NCBI RefSeq assembly: GCF_006345805.1
Contig: NC_043009.1
Span: 2,728,001-2,792,000 of the forward strand
DNA length: 64,000 nucleotides
Reading direction: 5' to 3'
Source of the DNA: Octopus sinensis
Lineage: Eukaryota
Below are positions 14,043 through 29,124 of the stretch, piece after piece. Within the stretch, counting starts at the first letter, position 1; every line of letters starts with the position of its first letter. Position numbers and translations under genes: made by a program. The notes beneath the pieces are model-generated. The model did no database searches. It was given only the letters and a program-made list of their open reading frames with translations, and was not told the origin of the DNA.

Positions 14043-14902
14043 TTCTCTGTGTGTGAGTGTGTAAAATATATATATATCTGTATATATGAAACTGAGAATG
14101 TGTGTTGGTCTGTCTGACTGTCTATATGAATCGCTAAAACCTGAGAACTACACAACCAATTTCATTCAAATTTTACACATGCCTTACTTAAGGTCCACGT
14201 AAGATCATGGGTAAAACAGTTTTTAACTTCTTGCCTAGGGCGAGCCCACAGCAATATCATATCTTCTCCACTATTTCAGTATTACGTGTCAAAAGTGAAA
14301 CAAAAACATCTCTCTATTATAATGCCAGATACTTTCACTTTAATAGTGAAACTATTATATGTGGAATGAACTGAAAGTGAACATCCCTCTTATATGTAAG
14401 TAATATAATTTTTTGTGAAACTTCAGACTTTTCAATATGCTACGCCACTGGTTTTAAATTGATATTAATCATATTAATATTCAACTTTTCACACTTATTA
14501 TTTTAAATATAAATTTACACATATATACATGCATATATACATACATGCACACATACACACACACATACATAGGTGCAGGTGTGGATGTGTTCAGTCCCAC
14601 TGTGTGGTGACTTGGCATGTGACTTCTGCTATAGCCTCAGACCAACCAAAGCCTTATCAGTGGATTTTGTACACAGAAACTGAAAGAAATCAATCGTATA
14701 TATATATATGTATGTATGTATATATGTAAGTCTATGTGTGTGTCTTTGTGTTTCTCCCTCTCACTGCTTCACAACTGCTGTTTGTTTATTTAGAGCCCCA
14801 TAACTTACTGGTTTCACAAGAAGAAACTTATAGAATAAGTGTGAAAAACTGAATATTAATTTGATAGCATCTTGTATTACATATATATATCATATATATA
14901 AA

Positions 14903-14939
<37 letters not shown>

Positions 14940-14942
<3 letters not shown>

Positions 14943-15075
14943 GGTCCCGGGTTGATTCGGGGTTAACCACAGTAAATAAGGTACTCAATACATAGCAGAG
15001 TAAAATTAATTTATTATATAGAAGGAGCTTCTACAGGACTAGAACTGTTTCATTCAAGAGAAATCTTCAGGAAGC
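14940..15075 (-). mobile_element. Exact 136-bp inverted copy of 491-626 (family H1), including a hammerhead at 15027-15075
   Basis: Base-by-base comparison showed no differences from the reverse complement of 491-626. Confidence 0.9.
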
Positions 15076-15174
15076 ACTGAATATATATATATATATATGA
15101 TAGAATTTTTCGAACAAAATTCTATCAATGGCCAATGGGTATGATAAAGTATTTCACTTATTTCTTTACCGCAT

Positions 15175-15235
15175 TTATTACTGATGAAGAGAAGGTTCTT
15201 ATGAACTAAATCTGAAATCGGGTCCGATATGGTAA
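15175..15235 (+). ncRNA. Type I hammerhead (family H4)
   Basis: TTATTA-CTGATGA-AGA..GTTC-TTAT-GAAC..TCT-GAAA-TCGG-GT-CCGA-T-A-TGGTAA. Stem I is 6 bp with two G-U pairs. Confidence 0.7.
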
Positions 15236-15452
15236 TAACGAAAATTTTTAGAAATTTCTGTCGGCTTTCTTTGAAACACGTGCTTGTAGTGATAAATTAC
15301 AGGGTTATTGATGTAGTGTCTATTTTCGGCATATTGTGGCATTAGAAATTTTTATTTTGCCTTACTTATAAATTGTATATATATATATATATATAATATA
15401 TAATATATATATATATAAACATATATATACATATATATATATAGAAATTCAG

Positions 15453-15483
<31 letters not shown>

Positions 15484-15982
15484 ATATATATATACATATA
15501 TATACGTACATACGCAATTACACACGCTCGCGCTCACAGTCACGCCAGCACATGTTCATACATTACCGCTACTAATATTATTTTGCATTCGCTGTTTTAA
15601 TGGCTCCATGTTGAGTTAGAAGGATATGTTTTGAGAACAATGTGTATTAACACACGTTACTTGCTTTTCATTGTAAATTTTCCTCCGTCCATTTTCCCCC
15701 ACATAATTCTCGTAAAAACATCGCTGGCAATCCTGCTTCTTTCAGATATATAGTTTAAAACTATAGTCACCATATATCCGTTTCCGAAATAGCCAATGAA
15801 AACCAAGCATTTACACTAAACATGGACGCAAGTGCTTTGCCAAATAGTTGTTGATATAGCTATATGAATGGCCTCACAAACTGTTGCTCTACTGTCAAGA
15901 TCAAACGGTTTCCTATCAACCATGTCAATATGGAATGCAATCATGTGGCAGTTTTATTGATTAGTTTATTTATTACCTGAAC

Positions 15983-15984
<2 letters not shown>

Positions 15985-16013
<29 letters not shown>

Positions 16014-16365
16014 TGATAATGGTGGTGGTGGCAGCGATGCTGATGATGACAGCGTTGATAATAATAATGATAGCAATACCAATAATAATAATGATAATAA
16101 TAATATTGATAATGGTGATGATTATGATAATGGTAAATGATATTTGCAATGGTGATAATAACAATAATAAGAATATGAGTATCATTAATAATAATAGAGA
16201 TTATTCATACCATTCCTCCAGTAATTCTTCTTCTTCTTCTTCTTCTTCTTCTTCTCCTCCTCCTCCTCCTCCTCCTTCTTCTACTTCTTCTTTTTCTTCT
16301 ACTCCTTGTTCGTTTTTTTCTCATTTTTATCATCATCATCATCATCATCATTCTTATTATTATTA

Positions 16366-16400
<35 letters not shown>

Positions 16401-16507
16401 CATTATTATTATTATTATCATCATTATTATTACTATTATTATTATTACTATTATTTTTATTATTATTATTATTATTATTACTATTATTATTATTACCATT
16501 ATTACTA

Positions 16508-16538
<31 letters not shown>

Positions 16539-16574
16539 TATTATTATTATTATTATTTTTATTATTGTTATTGC

Positions 16575-16611
<37 letters not shown>

Positions 16612-16612
16612 G
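15985..16612. repeat. Compound trinucleotide microsatellite (AAT/GAT/TCT/CCT/CAT/ATT)
   Basis: Direct inspection. Explains the poly-I/L/Y ORFs. Confidence 0.95.
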
Positions 16613-17801
16613 TTGTAATAAAAGACAGAACAAGCAAATTACTATTATCTGTGTGATAGTAGTCGTTACGATGTTAGTCTTCATCATCATCCTGTCATCA
16701 TTAGCATCCACTTCAATATTCTCATGTGCGTCATGATGATGATGATGATCATCATCATCATCCCCATGACCATTACCACCATTATCACTGTTGCTTCTAA
16801 AAAGCAGAGCAGTTCCTTGTATTTTCTCTGATGGTTAATTGTATTCTCTCTGAGTGTTTAATGGTGTCAACAACAATTTATATGTTAGGTTAAACATGGG
16901 AGAAAAAATGACAAAAATCAGAAATCAAACTGGTACTAGAGAAAGATAGAGGTTCTTTTTTCAACAAAGGAAAAGAAAACAGTGTTTCTTCTTTGTTTTC
17001 CGTGAAAGAAATACGAAAAAAAAAATGATGTGGTGTAGATGCAAAAGAGCAAGAGGATAAGTGTGAGTATGAAAAATAGAGGAGGTTGCAGAAATTTAGA
17101 TTGAAAGAGGAACATTGTGATAAATATATAAGAAAAAAAAAAGGGTAAGAAGACTTAAAAGGAATGAAAATGGTTTCAAGTGCAAGAGAAATATATATGA
17201 AGTATGTTGAAGAAATGATTAGGAAAGGTTTGGCATGTAAACAAGGGTAGAACGTCGTCCGTTGACGTTGATGTTAATAATGGAAGCTCGGAAAACATGA
17301 ATATCGAATACATGTATTAAAATCTACGATGCACGCTTTTCACGTACACGCACGGATACTCACAGACAAGCAAACAACAAGCTTTGGTGCACGTATATAT
17401 ATACATACATATACATACATTATATATATATAATTATAATATTATATATATATCATATATATATATATATATGTATTATAATATATGTATAGTATATATA
17501 TGCATGAATATATATGTGTATATTTATATATATATTTGTGTATATTATATATATATTATATATATAAATATATTATAATATATATATATATAACATATAT
17601 GTATGCGTATATATTTACATATATATATATATATATGTATGTATATATATATATACCTGTGTGTGCGTGTGCATGTATATATACTATATAAGTACATAAG
17701 AATAATCATTTCCACATACACAGAGAAAAACACACAATCACGCACACAAAACACACACTCATACATGCACACGCACACGCACACACGCACACACAGACAC
17801 A

Positions 17802-17859
<58 letters not shown>

Positions 17860-18615
17860 CATATATGGATTTATGTGAGCGAGTGTGTATGCGTGTATCC
17901 ATTCCACAAACAGCAACGATATAAGAAAAGTCAATAAAAATGAATGCATAAATATAGAAGTACATTACTACAACAACAGCAACATCAACGGCAACAACAA
18001 CAACAACAACAACAAAACAGCAACATCAACAACAACAACAACAGCAACAACCTCAACAACAGCGGCAACATAAATGACAAAGACACGAGAATAGATGGAA
18101 ATGTGTTCACAGATAATTTGTCATTGTGTTCACATTTGATATTCACTGTTTTGTATTTCATGGCAGATTGCTTCATTGCGCATGCACTCACTCACACATA
18201 GGCGATTACACAACGCACGAACGCCTAAATCGATGAATCTATACACGTAGGCAGAATCACAAACGCACTTGTATGGCAACAGACGCCCGTCCACAACCAC
18301 ATTAACTCGCACGCACGGAAGAAGTACAAGGCACTGTAATATACACAAATATGTACATATATATATATAATAAATATAATACACAGGAATATAAATAACA
18401 TACATATGCATACATGCATACATATATATATATAAGTATATATGTATATATATATGTATGCATACCATTATTTACATATACTTACATATACATATATAGG
18501 TATAAATATACATGTATATACATGTACATATATACATAAACATATATTTATATACTTCTATATATATATATACATATATACATATACATTTATATATATA
18601 TACATATTTATATAT

Positions 18616-18647
<32 letters not shown>

Positions 18648-18694
18648 CCGTGTCTATCTATCTATCTATCTATCAATCTATCTATCTATCTATC

Positions 18695-18799
<105 letters not shown>

Positions 18800-18810
18800 T
18801 AAATAGATAG

Positions 18811-18842
<32 letters not shown>

Positions 18843-18948
18843 TTGTTTTTTTGTTACACCACATAAAACTTATTTTAATCTTTACACACCTTATGCAGAA
18901 TTTATATGTATTTAATTCATATATATATATATATATTATATATATATA

Positions 18949-18999
<51 letters not shown>

Positions 19000-19481
19000 C
19001 TCACATAAGATTGTGTGGCCGTTTTGATATGAAAAGAATATTTATGCTGCAGTGGACGTAGATGTACGCGTCTGTAGGAAACGTACATCTGTTTTTGTAT
19101 CTTATGACAGTAGACGATAAAACAACATACAAAAAGAAAACACACACACACATATATATACACACATACGCACACACTCACACACGCAGACACAATTGCA
19201 GACAAGCGTGTGCATAAGAAATATTTCATCTATTGATATATATATATATATTTATAGACTATATGTCTGTATCTACACACATACTTACATATGTGTGTGT
19301 GTATGTGTATGTGTGTGTATGTGTTTGCACGCGCGGGTAAGTCTGTGTTTTATCTATCTACCCGTTTCTTTATTTAGTAATGAATCAATATACCAATCTA
19401 TTTATCTGTCCATACATATGTACATATACATTCATATATATATATATATATAATATATATATATACATATATATATATATA

Positions 19482-19512
<31 letters not shown>

Positions 19513-19793
19513 TGTGTGTGTTGTGTGTGTGTGTGTGTATGTGTGTGTGTGTGTGTGCGTTTGTGTGTACACCAGAGTAAGCAGATAAATCTAAAACAAG
19601 GTGAATAAAATAGCACTTGAACACAGGAGGTAGACTATTATGCTTTATAAATAAAGCTACAATGACATCACAGAGACTGTTACTCAGAGTTTCACGTACA
19701 CGTTCCTCAGCCATAACTGTTCGAAGAACGGGTACGAGAAGCTCTGAGTAAATTTTTTTGTGATGTGTTTCCAGATGCATTAATAAAGTATAT

Positions 19794-19846
<53 letters not shown>

Positions 19847-19883
19847 TAATATTATATATATATGTACATATATATACATATAT

Positions 19884-20295
19884 GCGCAGGAGGGGCTGTG
19901 TGGTAAGTAGCTTGCTTACCAGTCACATGCCTCCGCGTTCAGTCCCACTGCGTGGCACCTTGGGCAAGTGACTTCTACTATAGCCTAGGGCCGACCAAAG
20001 CCTTGTGAGTGGATGTGGTAGACGGAAACTGAAAGAAGCCCGTCGTATATATGTATATGTATATATTTGTATCTGTTTGTGTGTCTGTGTTTGTTCCCCC
20101 AGCATCGCTTGACAACCGATGCTGATGTGTTTACGTCCCCGTGACTTAGCGGTTCGTCAATAGAGATTGATAGAATAAGTACTAGGCTTCCAAAGAATAA
20201 GTCCTGGGGCCGATTTGCTCGACTAAAGGCTGTGCTCCAGCATGGCCGCAGTCAAATGACTGAAACACTTAAAAATAGTAAAAGAGTAAAAGAAT
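19884..20295 (+). mobile_element. Family B SINE, followed by a duplicated tail at ~20330-20400
   Basis: GCGCAGGAGGGGCTGTGTGGTAAG head and GTCAAATGACTGAAAC..AAAAGAG tail. Confidence 0.85.
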
Positions 20296-21102
20296 ACACG
20301 TTACAAAAATAATTCCATAAAACACTGTCTATTTGCTCGACTAAAAGTGGTGCTCCAGCATGGCCACAGTCAAATGACTGAAAGAAGTAAAAGAGTAAAG
20401 ATTATATATATATATATGTATGTATGTGTTCTTGTGAATTTTTGTTTCTGTCAGCCCAAACCATCGCTAGACATCCGGTGTCCGTGTGTTTATGAGCCCC
20501 GATATTCGTAGTTCAGCATGATTAAAGGAGAGAACAAATACCAGATTTCAAAAAATTTATCCTGGGTTCGATATATTCCACTAAAATCAGTGAAAGGCGC
20601 TTCCCAATCTTGTCTACTGTTCAGTGACTGAAACGAGGTAAAGATGCAAGACACCGTATATGTGATGTGATGTTTAATACAGAGAAAATGAACACCAATT
20701 AAGCTGATGTATCTTTAAATAAAATTTCCCTAAAAATAAATGCGCTTCAGCTGACTGAAATTTCGTAGATAGAATATATTAGGAAAAGAAAAAAAGGGAA
20801 GAAAATTTAAAGGAAATCGTGAATAAAATAAAAGCGTTTCATGAACATGAAACTACAACCGTGCAAACGGCAGAATAGATTATACGTAAACAATGTAACT
20901 TGCTATTTTCGTCATAATCGTGTAAGTTTGCAATTTCGTGATCATTCAGATACAATAAGTAGCGATTGTAATATACTTTATGCATGTATCTATACATTTA
21001 TATGTGTAGCCATGTATAAATGATTCATTTTAGTTCTATTGCAATCTATATCTAGCTATCTTAAATGTTTCCTACACTGGAGTGACAATACGTTTGGCAT
21101 TT

Positions 21103-21465
21103 AAGGCGGCGAGCTGGCAGAATCGTTAGCACGCCGGGCGAAATGCTTAGCGATTTTTCATCTGTCTTTTAATGTTCTGAGCTCAAATTCCGCCGAGGTC
21201 AACTTTCTTCCTTTGGGGGAGGAGGGGATAAATTAAGTACCAGTTGTGTACTGGGGTCGATCTGGGACAGGTGCAACACAGACACAATGATACACACACA
21301 GACAACGTGCTTCTATCTGTTTCCTTCTATCAAATCTACTCACATTACTTCGGTCGGCCAGAAGCTATAATAGAAGAAACTTGCTCAAGCTGCCACGAAG
21401 TTTGAATGAACCTGGAAACATGTAGTTGGGAAGCAAGCTTCCTACCACACAGCCACGCCAGCACC
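21103..21465. mobile_element. Family A SINE (+, 21103-21262) abutting a family B SINE head (-, ~21275-21465)
   Basis: Similarity to other copies in the window. Confidence 0.7.
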
Positions 21466-21836
21466 TAGCGACGACGTCAGCACTTATATATATATTTGTG
21501 TCTGTATATGTGTGTGTGTGTGTTCCTTCAGCTAAATTTACAATCACTAAAACATGATCATCACAATTCTCATGAGAACTTGGAAGTCATAATGAATGTT
21601 AGCTTTGTACCTCATACTAAAATTTTGAAGTGAAACATTTAGTTTTCCATTCTTTTGTTAGATGTCATTGGCAACGCATATTAGCCGTTGCAATGCCTTC
21701 AGGACAGGTCAGAAGAAGTGAAGTTGTTATCCTACAATAAAAGAACTTGGACTCTACCGGTGGACTTGGATGTTTGACATCCCTTTGAAGGATTTCGGTC
21801 CACAACTGTTATCTATATGTGTATATATATATGTAA

Positions 21837-21872
<36 letters not shown>

Positions 21873-22899
21873 CTGTGTGTATGTGCGTGTGTGTGTGTGT
21901 GTGTGTGTCTGTGTGTGTGTGTGTGCGTGTGTCTGTGTAACTATATATGGTTTTATTTAAAATGTTCCTCTCTGAAATTAATCAAACAGCGATTATTCAA
22001 ATTTTAATAAAAGAAAAAAGGACTGGAGTCATATTACGTCAACCAGGCAAGGATATATAGAATCCCCACCGAAAAATGTTCTTCCACAGTTTAATTGCAC
22101 CAATTTTCCGTACCGGATCGCAATGAAGTATCAAATTCAAAGACACATATTCTACGTATTCAAATATTTTTTATAGATAGTATCTTGCACAAACAACAGA
22201 AATAATCAATAGCAAATAATAACTTGTTCAAATATCTTATGAATGTAAATTCCGAGGACGACTTTCGGCAATCTAAAACACTGACACACACACGCACGCA
22301 AGCACGCACTATCATGCACGCGCGCACGCAAACAAGAACGCTCGCACGGGCACACGCAAACGAGCAGACACATGTATCTTTTGTAAGCTGGAATAATATA
22401 TGTATGATGCTTATGGTTAACTTAGTGTCTGTTTAGAATAAACTTTGTACCGAATAACAACTGACGTAATTATAGACCACTTTTGCAGAGCCAGAGACCA
22501 TATCTCTTAGAATATGTTGAACGAGATTATATGGCATTCATCTGTTTTCTAATGTAGTTACGAAATTTTCTGTTCTCCTTTAACACATGCTTTTTCCTTT
22601 ATTGGAGGGAAAAAACAATATTGTTGTACTTGCTTTTGAATTGCAAAGAAGAACAGTTAAACCAAAAACAAGTCTTATCTGGTCCTCCATTTCTTTGTAA
22701 TGTTCAATAAATATGTATGTGAAGTATGCTCACTGTCTCCTTGTCTCTCGTCCTCTTTCTCTCTATCCACAAATAGATGTAGATATGTATATATATATAT
22801 ACATCTAAATATATGTATGTATACATATGCATGTAAACATGCATGAAAATATATATCAATATGTATACACGCACATATATTCATTTACATATATGTACA

Positions 22900-22936
<37 letters not shown>

Positions 22937-23321
22937 CAATCTATCCATCTATCAATCTGTGTATGTGTGCGTGTGTATATATCAAGGATTGAACTTACAG
23001 AACATAGCAAAGAGAAAAAGTTAGACGAAAGCAGAGCAAACAGGATACAAGACGAAAACTTAACAGGGGCGGGGGGGGGATATAGACAAAGACACTATAC
23101 ACGGAATGTTCGCAGCTGAGGTTCCCTCGTCAGTCAATGACCAAAATGCCATCGTCGTTTCGCACCGTTTTCATTGAGACCACTCAATCTTGGCCGTGTC
23201 AGTGCTGTTAGTAACCTACTGGGAAAAAGCTAGTTAAAATATACCGAGACAGAATCAGGCAAGACATATGTAGATACAACACACGAATAACTATGCATAT
23301 ATAACAACGCGATATATATAC

Positions 23322-23352
<31 letters not shown>

Positions 23353-23463
23353 ATCCAAACAAGAAAACACAGAAAAAAGGGGAAAAAAAGGAGAAAAAAC
23401 ACAGCAACGCAGGACGTGGAACAATTAAAGTATTATTGACGCTCAGGAAAGAAGGGAAGGAGG

Positions 23464-23498
23464 GTTTAATGTTTCGAGCGGAGCTCTTCGTCGGAAAC
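23464..23498 (-). ncRNA. Degenerate compact hammerhead (family H5) within repeat ~23370-23560
   Basis: Minus strand GTTT-CCGACGA-A-GAGC-TCC-GCTC-GAAA-CAT-T-AAAC. Flanks are homologous to 49470-49690. Confidence 0.5.
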
Positions 23499-24561
23499 AA
23501 GGAGAAGGAAAGATCCCAAAGAGGGAAGACAGAGGAGAAAATATTTGAGCTGGTGGTGCTTAAGAGATCACATATATATATGTTAGAAATAGATTTCAAA
23601 GAAGAAACGCTACGTGTCGTATGAACAGGGAAAAAGTAAAAAGAAAACAAAGAAAATGCACATTCGATATAAAAAATAAAGGCTTTCTTAGGAGATGCAA
23701 AGATATATACACACAATTAGTTGATTTCAGGTGGAATTATGAAGTATGAAAATCATTATCCCATTCAAATTCATGCATCCCATACACTTTCTTATTCCAG
23801 TATATATTTCTACCTTAATTGCATCACTTCCAGAACTGCTTACCTGCCTTGCCTGTAATCTCTTCACTCAGGTTCTATTAGACCCAATACAGTTTGGAAA
23901 TCGGTGTTCATTTAAAGTTAGTAATCAGCTCTGACGATACCGGTATGACTTTGAATCTCTATAATGATTCATAATAATGATTTTTATATTTCATAATTCC
24001 ACCTCAAATCATCAAATTGTATGTATATATCTTTGCTTCTCTTTGTTTTTTATTATATCTAATGTGCATTTTCTTTTTTGGAATTAGTAAGACGTGACGT
24101 TAATACAGCATATTCTCTTTTATATTTCCGGTCGTCAGTAAGATTTTTTTCTGTTTTTGTGGTTTTTCCGTTCTATAACATTTGTTTCTATGTATTCACT
24201 AAAAATAAACCCCATTACTTTAGTGGAGAGATACGATTTTTTTTTTACTGAAGTAAACTTATATCATGGTATATTCCCATGACATCACAGAAAATCTTCC
24301 GTCAGAGAACTGTATTCTCTTGTCTAATATATCCAATGCAAACAAATTCAGAATTTCAAATGGTAAACAATTTAGTCAAAGCGTTGCAATTTTTGAAAGT
24401 AAGGGAATAAATCTGGTGACATTTAACATTTCAAAATTTCGATCCAAATGGTATCCGTTGTACATTCAGTTGTATATTTTAATTAATTATTTTAATAACA
24501 TACATATATACTTGCATATACATACATACATAATTATATACACACACACACAAACACACCA

Positions 24562-24601
<40 letters not shown>

Positions 24602-25076
24602 TATATCATATGCTTAACGGCCTAAGGATCCTGCTAACCTTGATCTTACTACATATTTCTGATATATGCATAAACAAATGCACAACTGTTGATTAACTCA
24701 ACAGATCTCTAAGATGAAACGAAAAAAATTACGTATATTTAATGCGGATTTGCAAAAAAGAAAGGATTTATATTGGTAAAATATTGGAATCGTGTAATAT
24801 AAAATACAACGGCTCATGTTAAAGTTTGGATGTATGACATCTGAAATCTAGAAAATTATTTTAAATGTCAGATGTGTATGATAGGATTAATATTTTTGTA
24901 TTTCTTCAAGGCTATTAGGATCTATATTAGATATGGATATTCATTGCACGTGTATATTCAGCTGAGCAAATAATTAGATCACAAAAAAAAAGTTATCCAT
25001 GTTTATATATATTTCCGTTATATTTTGGTGGGCGGGCAATCTGCAAAATGAATGCGTTTGCATATCTTTCTAACTA

Positions 25077-25803
<727 letters not shown>

Positions 25804-25831
25804 CCCTTCTACTTAAATGTATATATATATG

Positions 25832-25875
<44 letters not shown>

Positions 25876-25881
25876 TATATA

Positions 25882-25923
<42 letters not shown>

Positions 25924-26734
25924 TGTGCATATGTGTATGCATTTATAACTCTTTCATAAGTTGTTTTTTGACTGAACATCTACATACCTATATTTATGCG
26001 TACATATTTACATATATGCATGTGTACATATATATATATATATAAATACACACACATATATATATATATACATGTGTGAGTGTGCCTGTATGTTTGTGTG
26101 CGTGTTTGTGTGTATGTGTGTGGCTATGTGTGTAAACACAACATTTAGTTCACATAGATGGACATCGTCACTGTCATGTTCTTTAAACTTCATTGCTAAT
26201 GATTAACAAAATTTGTTTACAAACTCGTGATAAAAGAAAGCTACATCCCCGCATAATTAGTGATATGAAAGTATTTACATCTAATTAGTATACTTCAACA
26301 AGGGAGCTCGCATCTCACAACATACCAGATTTAATGATCAAAAATTCAAAGGGATTTTCTTGCGAAAATAATGGCCTTTCAATTATTATTACATGCATAC
26401 AGATATAATCGAATACATATATTCGTATGTATATATCGGTATACATACATAAACACACATTCATACAATACATGCACGCACATATATGAATATCAAAGTG
26501 GCCACTATATGGCATGCGATTTGACGCAAACCGTATCGCTTCCATAGTTACTGATCTTATGATCCGATTTTAAAAGTGGATAAAGCAGGAGAATATATAC
26601 TAATGGTTAATACATACTAAACTTGTAGAAACCTAGCTAATATACAGAGAATGAGAAGGAGGGAAGTTTTGGAACAATATGTTTTCCGTTCGTGAAATCT
26701 GCCGAATGGACAACTAAGAGAATATGTAAATATT

Positions 26735-26787
<53 letters not shown>

Positions 26788-26839
26788 TATATATATATAT
26801 ATATACAATGTAAAATAAATAAAATGTATATATAAAATA

Positions 26840-27074
26840 TATAAATACTCTTTTACACATTTCAGTCTTTTGACTGCAGCCAAGCTGCAGTTCTGCCTTT
26901 GGTGGAACAAATCGACCTCAGGACTTATTATTGTTAAAGTTTAGTACATATTCTATCCGCTCCATTTGCCCATCTGCTAAGTTACGCAGTCTTAAAAACA
27001 CCAACACTTGTCAAGCTGTGATGGGGGACAAACACAAACACACACACACGAAAATATGTATAAACACACACACG

Positions 27075-27126
<52 letters not shown>

Positions 27127-27250
27127 ATCAAGACATAATTCTTTCAGTTTCCGTCTACCAAAACCACTCACAGGGCTTTGGTCGCTCCGAAGCTATAGCA
27201 GAAGACACTTGCCCATGTTGCCACGTAGTGGGACTAAATACAGACCTTCT
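26840..27250 (-). mobile_element. Decayed family B SINE
   Basis: CAGTTTCCGTCTACCAAA..CACAGGGCTTTGGTCG..GAAGACACTTGCCC matches other minus-strand copies. Confidence 0.7.
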
Positions 27251-27294
27251 TACAACATACCTAAATGTGTATATACTTATATATATATATATGC

Positions 27295-27512
27295 AAGTTC
27301 ACTAAAAATTTAGATTCAGTTGAATATGGTACTTAAGATAAAGGCACCGCAATTTAGTATGATATTATCCATAGAATTCAAAATGGGGTGATTATAATCA
27401 AGATAAGCAACAAGGATACCCAGAAGTAATGTAGTACGATCGTTTCATGCGACTCCATTTAATTGAAGAATGCAAGTGTTGCATCAGTTTGAAAAGGTAG
27501 TGCAATCTTCAG
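27295..27512 (-). mobile_element. Family H6 repeat, 5'-truncated at the hammerhead core (stem I broken)
   Basis: Reverse complement of 46360-46575-like sequence: CTGAAGA-TTGC..long insert..GCAT-GAAA-CGATCG-T-A. Confidence 0.6.
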
Positions 27513-28278
27513 TGGCAGAAAAATATAGAATTTAGTTAAATTTAAAAGATTCAGTTTTATAGTTATTCCATTAACCAAAATCACAAAGAGTGTAAGTAGG
27601 TAGATAGAGAACAAGTTTCATCAAGAAAAACATAGTAGTAACTGATATTTTTTTCATGAAGATAGCGCTTATCATTGATTGTACTTTGTTATTTAGATTA
27701 CTACTAGGGGGGGTAAGACTAGCTTATCAGGTCTAGTGGAAAAGACGTATCTATATTTTATAGATAGAGAAAAAGACAGTTTAAGTGGCAGAACCATAAA
27801 TCAAGATCCCTTTGAAGTAGAAACCATTCGGGTCCAGTAGAATATATTTCAGCCAAAATTAGCAGGCTAAAGCTGATGGAGTAGGAAGAGTAAAAACTTA
27901 TATTACTTAACCATTTAACAGCCATAATCCCATTGGTAATTTGAAATAAAATTTTAGAGAGTTTTTCAAAGAATCAGAATAATTTTAGTATTTTACACAA
28001 TATAGGGATGGAGAATATAGAATTAATTTCATATTTATATAAGTTTCTATATCAATTTAATATAAATTTATAGTTAATTAGTAAATAGTAATTTATTGGT
28101 ATTAATGAGTTAACTAAAAGGAATATGTTAAAAATTCCATATATTTTCTACATGCTAATAACTTCAGAATATATTTCTTCTGTTATAAAATAGAGAGTGA
28201 ATTATATCAGTATGGTTCTGTATACGTTAAGTGTGAACTCAATAGAATGTATTATCAGTAAAATGATATAGTGCGTAA

Positions 28279-28346
<68 letters not shown>

Positions 28347-28466
28347 ATATATATAATATATATATATATATATTCTTTTTTTTTGAGAACAAAATCTTTG
28401 TGGAGAATGGCGATTTGACGTCTAGCATGTTGACTCTCCACTTTTTCGTGTTCAGTCCTTAATTGG

Positions 28467-28503
<37 letters not shown>

Positions 28504-28989
28504 ATCAGGTTAGTAAAGTTAGAGGCTGGAACAACCGTCTTTAAAGTTGGTGCATATTAATCATACTTTGCATTTCATAGCATATTCGCGTGGAGAGTTA
28601 TTGTATATAGAGATATATCGGGGGATAAGTGGTTTATCTGGAATACGTTGGAGATAATGCTCCAGGAACCATTTAAATATTAAGGGATCTTTTTCTTCCC
28701 TTCTGTCTTTTCTTATGACGTTAAAAAGAGCAGGGCTTGTTGAGGTGAAATTGTTCCGTCTGGGTAGTTTGCTACATCCGTATGTATGTATATAACAACA
28801 TTAGCAACAATAATAATGATAATATATATATATATATACAAATACATTTATATATGTGTGTGTGTGTGTGTGAATATTTATACTTCTCTATAAATATTTA
28901 AGCAGATACATACTTTTCCATATATGATATATATCAAAATAAAGATTATCATGTCATTTATAACCACCTTCACATTTATATTTATTGTA

Positions 28990-29044
<55 letters not shown>

Positions 29045-29124
29045 ATATATATATATTTATGTATATATACACATATATACGCATATGTGCCGGGGAAACT
29101 AATGATTATTCGTGTTACATTTTA

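Noticed and set aside
27540-28140. Mitochondrial insertion (NUMT; COX1/cytb-like words)
   Set aside because: Only a few short words resemble mt genes and there is no sustained frame. A decayed retroelement reading fits at least as well.
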